A DNA stretch of 33,577 nucleotides, taken from Vezdaea acicularis (Eukaryota). This document shows, piece by piece, positions 13,991 to 22,567 of the stretch. The notes beneath the pieces are model-generated. The model was not told the origin of the DNA. It worked only from the letters and a program-made list of their open reading frames with translations, and ran no database searches. Position numbers and translations under genes: made by a program. The stretch's first letter is position 1, and each line of letters begins with the position of its first letter. The stretch spans positions 1-33,577 of the forward strand of contig JAPEUI010000157.1 in the NCBI GenBank assembly GCA_026025075.1, read 5' to 3'.

Positions 13991-16902
13991 CTACCTCCGC
14001 CGCGGAGTTTATACCACGCTTCCATCGCGTCGAGCGTCAGAGATGGAGAGGCTGTGTCGGATGTCTCTGTCTCGGTTTCTGGTACTGTTATGAGGGGATG
14101 GTGGGGGCGTGTCTGGTTTACCCAAAGGTGGGTTTGGTGTCAGAGTTATCAATCCGCGAAGAGGGGAAAGTAGGAAAATCCCCCCCTAGCAGGGAGGAGG
14201 GAGAAGGGGAAAGCTGAGGGAGAGTGACTTACAACCATATCCTGCAAAAGCGGCAAATACTTACTCGGACAGCCCGCCTTAGCAAGCCTTTCCGCGTCAA
14301 AGGGCCCGCCGGTATGGCGTGTCGCGCCATCGTCGTCGCGCACTTTTGGCGGCGGGAGGGCGTGTTCGGTAGCTCGTACGCCGCTGAGGAGAGAGGTTCG
14401 CAGGAAGGTGCGGTAGATCAGGGCGATGGCGGCGTCGGTGGGGGAGTCGGGGTAGGGCAGTCCTTGTGAGTCTTGTTGGTTGCGAGAGGTGGAGCTACCG
14501 CTGCTCTTGCTCCCGCTGCTGCTGCTAGAGGATGAGCTGGGTGGGTCGTTGGGGTGGAGGGGTGCTTTGCGGGTTGCATCTTCTTGCTGTTGTTGTTGCT
14601 GCTGCTGCTTCTCAGATACGCGCCGTTGGCGGTCTGCTTCGCGAACTGGACCACGGGGGGTGGAGGGGTGATTGCCGGTTTTGGCAGATACATCGGCGGT
14701 TGGGTGAGTGGCGTATAGGGCCTGGAGTCCATAGGGGAGAGAGACGCTTCGTCTGTACACGCCATGTTCCAAATCCATCCGGAACACATCCCACGCTTCT
14801 TCCTCTGAGTCCAGCTCTTGCTGCGGGAAGGGGCGGTTGGGCCATGGATTTTCCACCACGTATGCATATGGATGCTGAGAGCTTCGGTTCTGCGGGGTAG
14901 GGGATGCTGCTCTGCGCGCATTTCGCTCGGGCCCTTGCTGCCATCTCTGCGCGCTCGCAGACAGGCTAGCACGTCGACCATTGCGATTGCGCCTCGTAGG
15001 GCTGGAACGAGGGCTTACCTCAGGACTAGAGTAGCGGCTCGGGGGAGGCGGACTGTAGCCCCTCCTATTCTTCCCGCTGCGCTGGTCACGACGGAGGGAC
15101 TTGAAGTTTATCTGGAACCCGCCCTCGCCCGGCTGCGTCACCCAGAAGGCAAGGCTACTGGGGCCTGTAGGCGAGGGAGTGGAGCTCCGGTCCATAGAGA
15201 ACGGCGACAAGATCAGGGATTCGGCACGGTTGGCGGCTGGGCTTGTGTGAAGCTCCGGATAACGGGGGCGTGGCCCAAAGTGGTGTTCTGCGCCTCGGGT
15301 GGGAGTCCAGTCCATCTCGTCCCACGCCCCTCTATCGGGGCTTTCGGCAAGCGTACCGGAGCGGGCGAGGCTCATACGATTGTTGTCCCTGGGGAACTCT
15401 TCGTCGCTATAGAAGGGGCTGTAAAGCTCGCCGTATGGGTTATGGCCACCGCTGAGTGCGCTGCGATACGGTCTGTTGCGTGTGCCATGTACCCGATTCT
15501 GCTCGTATCTTCTTGTATCTCCTTCCTTGCGCGGGTAATCTTGGTGGTAGTTCTCATAAGGTCTTCGGTCCATCCTTGCTTCTTCCTGTACCTCATTCCT
15601 GACTCTTCGTTTCTTACGCCCCCACCATCGGCCCCCTTTCCTACTGCCACAGCCACCTCTCAAGCCCAGTGTTCTAGCTGCTGGTGCTTCGTCAGCATCG
15701 GCGGGGGCTGGTAGCTCTCTCAGGCCGGAGCTCGTGGAAACAAGCGGCTTCTCATACACTTTAGCCTCCTGCGAGCCCTGGGGAGCGGGGACATACTCCA
15801 TTACAGGCCCGCTCCAGATCCATCCACCATTACCACAACTAATCCAACCTCCCTCAGGGGTATCAGGGCGCGGTGTGTCTGGCCTTGGAGTTGGTTCGGG
15901 TTCAGGTTGTGATTCGAGTTCGGGTTCGAGACCAGAAGAAATGCCCCTCCACTTTTCAGGGGTTGTATCTGGCCGTGGGGGTAGTGGCTCAGGCTCAGGC
16001 GTTGAGACGGGCTTCAGTCCATCAGGGAAGGGGATAATTGGAAAGGGTCCCATGAGTACCCAGTAGCTGCCGCCCCAGAGGTAGGTATAGTACCAGGGGT
16101 TTCCATTCCCGTCCACGACGGGGGCGTGATAATAGTAATAGTACACACCTTTACCTCCCACTTCTGCCTGCTCTGGTCGTAATTTAGCAAAGCGGCAGGC
16201 AATGCGGGACAGTCTTTCAGCGTCATTGTCAGGTGGCGGTGTGTCTGGCGGGTTGGGTGGCTGCGGGCGCGGCGCTGGGCGGGGTGGGGTTGGCGGGAGA
16301 GGGCAGTCTGGGGGTGGGCCGGGTGGGGAGCGTGGCCCTAGTGTAGTGCCCCCATACCTCAGGGGGTCGTGCTGTTCGTGCGGAGAGATTGTTTTGGGAA
16401 CAGAAATTTCTAGAGGTAGGTCCCATTTCGGCGCTGGTGGGGTTGGGGGAGGGCTGGGTGAAGTAGGCGGGGTTTTTGGTTCGGGCGGAGTGTCTGGGTC
16501 ATGGAGAGGACCTGGAAGTGGAATAAGTGAAGGGCTTGGTGGAGTTTCTGGTCGGGCTGGGTCGGGTACTGGGAATGGTGGTGGCGAATAAGGTGGCTCT
16601 GGGTAAGGCCAAGCATTCTTTAGGTAAGGGGGTTCTACGTTGTAGCTCGAGGTCAGAGGGAATTTCGGTGGCGGTATGAGTACCAAATCGTGTGGACCAC
16701 TGCCTTGATGATGGTGGAGCGGAGAGGAGTGAGGGGGACGAGATGGGCGTGAAACGTCAGGACTGACTCTGATGCTCGTTGCGCAGTCGCGCGGTGAGGC
16801 GCGTCCAAAAGGTTGGCCTGCCGCAGCTGCGGTGTCGGCTGTCTGCTCACGATCCCCAAAGCCAGATCTGGAGGTAGCGCGGTGATTGCGGCGGGTTGAC
16901 AT
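13991..16902 (-). CDS. Pro/Ser/Arg-rich, largely disordered orphan protein (~920-930 aa); probable terminal intron 14113-14232 (unspliced stop at 14149)
   Basis: 2.75-kb uninterrupted frame from ATG 16902, with an upstream TATAAAA. A GTAAGT donor at 14232, CTGAC branch and CAG acceptor at 14113 give an in-frame last exon ending at TAG 13991. No family recognised. Confidence 0.7.
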
Positions 16903-17061
16903 CTTTTTGGAGGTAACCACAGAAGAGCAGCAAAATGTTCAGCCTGAACTGGTGTGATCGTTGGTTTTTGTTGAAGGCCTGAGGACCTGAAGCTTGCAAC
17001 CCTTGATATTGAATTGTAGATATGATGGCCCCTCTTTGGGTGTAGGTGTGAGATCGCGGCC

Positions 17062-17068
17062 TTTTATA
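17062..17068 (-). promoter_or_regulatory. Candidate TATA box (TATAAAA) of the Pro-rich orphan gene
   Basis: Consensus TATAAAA on the minus strand about 160 bp upstream of ATG 16902. Confidence 0.45.
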
Positions 17069-17489
17069 TTGTGGTGGGAGAAATATGGTCATGCGTGGAC
17101 GGGATGACAAGTAGCTGAGCAATGTCAGTGGTGATGAGGCCGACGATGTTCACCCCTATTAGCGGCCAGCTGTACACGAATCTTTACTTGACACATGTTC
17201 AGGCTTTATATGAAACAACAAGTCAGATGCTGATGCAAAAATAACCAGTCTTGTGGAAGGGGTCTGGTGATCATGTCATTAGTCAGACATTGATGGGTCA
17301 TGAAAGGCCTGGGGACAAAGAGACCAACTGACTTTTGCGTATTACATGCCGCAAATTATATCCAGAGTGATTCATTCAGTAGGAAACGGGAGGAAAAGTT
17401 GGTATAGATCCACGCTGTTTATCGTGCCTCACGATGAATGCCGCGTCTTCCAGTGTACTGTACGTATCTCCGATCCTGTAAATCCTCCT

Positions 17490-17906
17490 TCAAACTACGA
17501 ATGGAAAGAAAACTTCGCGTAATGTATCTTCTAAATGCTATCTTAATTTCATCTTAGCGTCATAGTGCCGCCCTGTCTTTTTTCGCGCTTTCTCTCCATA
17601 CGTTAAATACCAAAGTATGTTCTTTGCTTCCTTCCTATGTCAAATTTCACTAGCATCCATCCCCTCTTGAGTAATCGACGGCAAATCTTGAGTATTTCAC
17701 CTTTGATGAAGTAAATCTATGCTTGGGAAACAATTGCTTAAACGAACAAGCTTCCATGGAGCTCCTGGTCCTTAAAGATGTCCGTCGTCATCGTTGGCGT
17801 TGTCGCTGCTCCCTGGCTTCTCCGCAGCTTCCTCGTCTGTTCCTTCGGCGTCCCGATGTTCAGCATGATCGTTCTCTCCATCACCGCTTCCTTTCCCCTC
17901 ACCATC
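17490..17906 (-). pseudogene. Possible degenerate 3' continuation of the Myb-like gene, interrupted by in-frame stops
   Basis: After TAA 17907-17909 the same frame continues with the same acidic composition (DDGE*DGEGKGSGDGENDHAEHRDAEGTDEEAAEKPGSSDNANDDDGHL*GPGAPWKL...). Further stops fall at 17772, 17697 and beyond. Confidence 0.4.
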
Positions 17907-19920
17907 TTATTCGCCATCATCCTGCTTCATAGCCGATTCGAGACACAGTTCCAAGTCCAAGTCAGAATCGATTGTATTGTCCTCCTCGAAACTTTGCGTT
18001 TCATCGTCACTATTACCATCATCCCCATCTCTCTTTCTCTTATTCGCTCTTGACTCTCCGGCTTTCCTGGTATTCTTACGGGGATCCTTTAACCTATACA
18101 CCGGCTCCTCAGGACTTGAATGCCTGCGCTTTCGCGACTCATTCGGATTGAGCTTTTTGGCCGACTTTTCGTTAGAAAGATTTTCTTGGCTGGCTGGCAG
18201 AAATCCGCTTGAGGTAGTTGATACGCTTTGGGAGGGGGCCGTTTGACTAGATACAGCGAGTTTGACGGTAGATTTAGAGTTAGTCGTTTCATCTTTAGCC
18301 GTGGTCTCTTCTGAGCTTTGACGAGCCCTCGAACTCCCTGGAATCGGCTTGTCTGCAGACTTTTGCTTCATTTGCCTTTGTGGTGTGGCTGGCTGGATGC
18401 GTCCCAACGGCTCCGATCTAAAATGGGGCCGAGGAGCCAAATCGCTCTTGCATTTATTCTCATCCTCCTGCTCGCTCGTTGATTCCTTAGAGCCAGGACA
18501 ATCTCCTGAACTGTTTAGAGTTGAGCTATCTGTTTTCTTCTGCTTCTTGGGTCTCGGGGCCACCTTTTTAACCTTTGAACCTGATGTAGAAAATACAGGT
18601 TGCTTAACTTCGCCAGAAGAAGAGGACGAGAAAGTGCTAGGGCTTGAACTTTTTTGAGATGCTTGTGATGGATCATAATTTTTAACGCCCTTCCGGTATC
18701 CATAGAGTGTGTCTGACAGCTTTGGTAGGGGAGGGACAGCGCCTGTTAGCGCAGTCATGTGGAGTTGTTCGGCTTTGGTTCGCTCCTCCCATATTTTCTT
18801 TCCCATAGTCTTAAGTTCATGCAAACGTGTCTTAATAGCCGTAATAGTAGGTCCTAGATATTGTGAGAAGTCAAGTTTATGCTGTGGTCGGTGGGGACGT
18901 ATGACTTACCGCCTGTGATTGCGCCTAGAAGAAGATTGGCCTGCACGCCTCGGATTTGCCTGAAGATATGGAAGAAGAGCTATATTGGCAAAACGTCAGC
19001 AATCTGGCAATCAAGGAAGTGGGTTGCAACACTGACCTCTTTATCCGAATCCCTTGTCCAGATGACCGCATTTTCACTCTCATGTACCGGGCCTCTGTAG
19101 CTTTGGGCTCGCACTGCTATGCCGGACGCGATATAAGTAAATGCTAGTGACATCGTTATCATGGGCTTGGCTAGCCAAGAGACGTCGTGGTTTAAATTTG
19201 CAACGTGAGGAAAAGGTGAGGTCAGTGTAAAGAAAGGTGGTTGATAGTAGATGTCTGGCTATTGAGAGTGAGGGGAACGGAAAGAAGGTATATGATGTGA
19301 ATTTTAGGATACGAAAGGAACGACCTGATTTAAAGAAAAGGTCGTCTGAGAGGTGTAAGGTATAGGCAGAAGGAAATTTGGTGTAAGATGTCTCATGCAA
19401 GAGAGTGAGGTGGAAAACTCGAGTAGTGACCGAGGCGGAGGTCATGACGCGAAGTCTCAGAGCGAATCGACGGAGGGCTGTGTTTGGCTTACATTGTGGG
19501 AAATGAGTGTCTGCTCCGAGATAAGTGATATAAATAGAGGCGTAGAAATTATTGGAGTTCAATTTGAGATAGTGAGTTGAGTCAGTGAACGGAGAAAGGT
19601 GAGCGGCAGATTTGACCGCAGCAAGTGAGGTTTAGAACACATAGAAGTGAGGTAAAGGGAAATGGGTGAGAGACTGAGTTTCAAAATTGTGGATTCGAAA
19701 ATGGGGTTTGAAGCAAAGCACGAGTGAGTTTATAAGGAAACTTTCACCTACGCTTTCGACTATTTTCTTTGGCTTTGGCCATAAGCAAATCGAGAGCCGA
19801 TGATCCATTAGCTGGCCCTGGAGCATTGGCCTTGAGTTCATTGGAAAGAAGCGAGTCCATTTCCTCGGTCGATTTGCTCTTGTGTGCTGCAGATGAAGGT
19901 GGAGTAGGTGGCACCTCCAT
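17907..19920 (-). CDS. Hypothetical protein with a Myb/SANT-like helical domain and a long Ser/Lys/acidic tail (~439 aa); exons 19920-19752, 19170-19037, 18979-18910, 18853-17907
   Basis: Introns 18980-19036 (GTCAGT..GCTGAC..TAG) and 18854-18909 (GTAAGT..TAG) assemble VIWTRDSDKELFFHIFRQIRGVQANLLLGAITGGPTITAIKTRLHELKTMG, which resembles fungal Myb-like W-x4-D...PT-x-AI-x2-RL domains. The upstream exon (MEVPPTPP...) splices in frame through GTAGGT...TAG; an alternative start is 19162. The domain call is pattern recognition only. Confidence 0.65.
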
Positions 19921-20155
19921 TGGGTCTGTAGATGGATGACGGTAAACGGCTGTAAGCAGAGAGGCGTCAAGAGAGTGGAAAAGATGATTGAGAATGTGGC
20001 GAAGTGATCGAAGGCGTGGAGAAGGAAACTAGGGGTGAAGAGAAAAGAACCGAGGATATGGAGGGGAGGAGTCAAAGGCTCGAAAACATGATGAGTTAAC
20101 GAGAATAGGACCAGGGGCTAGGAGAGGAGACCAAGGGTAAGTAGAGAAGTTTATT

Positions 20156-20200
20156 GAAAGGAAGTGGGAGATAGAGAAAGGAAGTGGGAGATAGAGAAAG
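20156..20200. repeat. Perfect 20-bp tandem duplication (GAAGTGGGAGATAGAGAAAG x2 plus a partial unit)
   Basis: Direct reading of 20161-20180 and 20181-20200. Confidence 0.9.
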
Positions 20201-20256
20201 AATTGGCGTTAGAAAGGTCGTGCTAGATCTAATGCCCTTCTTTGCAGACTTATGTT

Positions 20257-20601
20257 TCAGTGGGATGGAAGGAGGTTGAAAGGGGGCGGAAGGAGCGAGG
20301 ATGGGAATATCCTTAAGCTTGAGAGGCGGCTGCAAGTGATTAAAGAGAATATTGTGAGCTCCTCGGTGGTTGGCCTGAATGTGCAAAAGAAAAGTAAAGG
20401 CGGCAAGTAGCTGTGTGCGAACTGAAGGAATCGGATGTGAGATATGACGCTTTTAGTGTTCTCAATGACTGATTGCAACCTTTTGACCAGCAGTCCCGTC
20501 GGCAGATTTTCCAATCCGTGCAAAGTTGCAATATAAAGTTCCAATCGATCCAAACAAATGAGCGTATTCTTTATATGGTTGATTTGGCTGTGTTGGCGCA
20601 T
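20257..20601 (-). CDS. Possible small orphan ORF (114 aa), unsupported by homology
   Basis: ATG-initiated ORF with an amphipathic-helix-like first half (LDRLELYIATLHGLENLPTGLLVKRLQSVIENTKSVI). Could be non-coding. Confidence 0.2.
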   Translation of the reverse strand: MRQHSQINHIKNTLICLDRLELYIATLHGLENLPTGLLVKRLQSVIENTKSVISHIRFLQFAHSYLPPLLFFCTFRPTTEELTIFSLITCSRLSSLRIFPSSLLPPPFNLLPSH

Positions 20602-21042
20602 ACAGCTTGTTTCTATAAAAAGATCCTTTTGAGGAAACGCTGAGGTTGTGCATCAATGAATCCTACCTCTGAATTGTAGAGCCACAGTAATAGGAAGCCG
20701 CGAAGAGGGGCAGAACGCATATATTTTTAGGGGGTTTCACCTCGTAGAAACATAGCCATCTTTGCAAGGCAGCTGTGACAAATATGTCGACAAGGCTCAA
20801 TGGCTGTCTATCAAGATAGCTGGCCAATACAACATCTAGCATCTGTATGAGAGCTCTGCTTAACCAGGTCAGTCGACTCTGTACTTGGTACTGGAATGTC
20901 GTAAACAGGAGTGAGTACGAGGTCGCCAGCTTGCTGAAATTGGGGAAAATGCTCTGAGATATTCACCTACATAACTTCGCCTTACTTTGGTGTCTCAATT
21001 GCCAAATTCACAATTGTCCACCCTATGAGAGCACCCCTATCC

Positions 21043-21681
21043 CTAGCAGCCACTAGCCCTTCCTAGACCTAAGCCCAATAAGCAGCCACAGTAGCTTCCG
21101 GAGCTCCTCTGCCTTGTGCATAAGCCAGCCACCCCGGACTGCGTACGAATGGAGTTACTTAGATCGAGCGCGTTTTGTCCAATAGGCCTCCCCCAAGAAT
21201 CTCTTGTCCTTCTCGCAGGCGGCTTCCAGCCATCAGGCAACGTTGGAATGTTTTGTCGACTTCCACTCGCTACCCCTTGGGATGATGTTGGTGCTCCGTC
21301 CCCTGCTATTTTCGGCTTTCGTGGCCGTGGATGAGCGGGGGCCTCACATCTGCATTTATAGCGGCAATAGTCCCAAATATGTCTCCCGATTAGTATTCCT
21401 TGCGGTTGCATCATCTGATAGACGTCTTGAGCTAACTTTGGAGATGAAGAGGGGCCTAGACAATAAAATCCTCCATTTGCTCGTGGATGACCTCCTAATG
21501 ATGCTATCGCACATAACCCTTTCGTGCTAGTATACCTGACCATGCCAGCTGCAGTTCCCGTACTGATCATGAAAGGCGAATAATCTGGGTCGCATATTAG
21601 TCGGACGGGGTCGGCTTTCGAGACTCCGCCGACAAGGGAGATGAAAGCAGACAGCGCTACGAAAAGGAGATAACATTGCAT
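21043..21681 (-). CDS. Small secreted cysteine-rich protein (212 aa), effector-like
   Basis: Signal peptide MQCYLLFVALSAFISLVGG. Cys-patterned domain (LIC...LC...GGFYC...YCRYKCRC), a Pro/Arg linker, and a second Cys cluster at the C-terminus. Intronless. Confidence 0.7.
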   Translation of the reverse strand: MQCYLLFVALSAFISLVGGVSKADPVRLICDPDYSPFMISTGTAAGMVRYTSTKGLCAIASLGGHPRANGGFYCLGPSSSPKLAQDVYQMMQPQGILIGRHIWDYCRYKCRCEAPAHPRPRKPKIAGDGAPTSSQGVASGSRQNIPTLPDGWKPPARRTRDSWGRPIGQNALDLSNSIRTQSGVAGLCTRQRSSGSYCGCLLGLGLGRASGC

Positions 21682-21848
21682 TTTGTGAAAATGTAGAGGT
21701 ATCCGTAGCACATATGTCAATAAATGCAGGTTCCGCATGTGTATGCGGTAATTTTTGAAGTGCGGCTATACCAAACTTAGACTGTTTGGACCGTGCAACG
21801 CACCAACTCTTAATTAAAGTATACGTGAAATCTTCTATGCCATCAAAT

Positions 21849-22567
21849 CTACTTATCTCCACCTCCGCCAGCCAGGGCGAATACTGCAGCAGCCAAAAAA
21901 ATATACCTATTTTGTCAGTAAGTGATTGCGTGGTGCATGAGTGTCATAGGGATCATACCAATACCTATAAATTATTTTGCGTCAGCCGGGATCCTAGCAT
22001 TTAGTGATTCTCAAGACTTGTGGGGAAAGTCTCTACTTACCGCTGGAGAAAGGTTTTTTCGGGCTCCGGTTCCGGTATTCTCCCATCCTCAGTCAGGACC
22101 ACCGGTTTATCTAGACCCGGTTTTGGAGCTTTAGAAGCCGGGACAAGCTTTACTTGTAGATCTTTATCCGTTATTTCCTCGCTACCCTTTGTTTTAGAAG
22201 CATACAGAGCGCTCTGATAGACTTCACCCTTGCTATCTAAATGTAACACTACTGTCTTTCTCACATCTTCAGCTAAGGAAGCCGCGCGTATAGCCGTGTA
22301 GCCTATGATGCCTGATTTTGAATCGCCGGGTCCGACGCGTACCAGCTCTTCTGGTCTTGATGAGAGCTTGGGAGGTGAGTATGATATGACGGAAAATTCG
22401 AGACTATCGGGGTCATAAGCAATCTGCGCGAGCACTGCGGGTTTGTTGTTCGCATTGGCTGGTTGCACATATAATGTTGCAGTCCGCGGGAGTGAGACTG
22501 CAACAGCAATGTTACACGCCCATAGTACGAGGCCAACGTAGCGTAAAGATAGATGCATCATTGGCAT
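21849..22567 (-). CDS. emc10: EMC10-like ER membrane complex subunit; exons 22567-22041, 21964-21959 (6-nt micro-exon), 21906-21849
   Basis: Signal peptide, lumenal domain, then the spliced C-terminus KPVVLTEDGRIPEPEPEKTFLQRYWYIFLAAAVFALAGGGGDK*, matching the EKT/SF-x-QKYW-TM-GGG signature of EMC10 proteins. Both introns have canonical donor, branch point and acceptor. Confidence 0.82.

Noticed and set aside
14818..15714. 298-aa plus-strand ORF antisense to the Pro-rich orphan
   Set aside because: Non-ATG start and low-complexity translation, as expected for an antisense shadow of GC-rich coding DNA.
17772..17909. TAA reassignment or readthrough, since none of the complete conserved genes here ends in TAA and TAA interrupts a coding-like tract
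   Set aside because: The sample is tiny and no conserved gene has an internal TAA. Nonsense mutation or a genuine stop is simpler.
21907..22040. Stwintron (nested intron) reading of the two adjacent EMC10 introns, because the 6-nt segment starts with GT
   Set aside because: The 6 nt encode the family-typical YW residues in frame, so a micro-exon is the better explanation.
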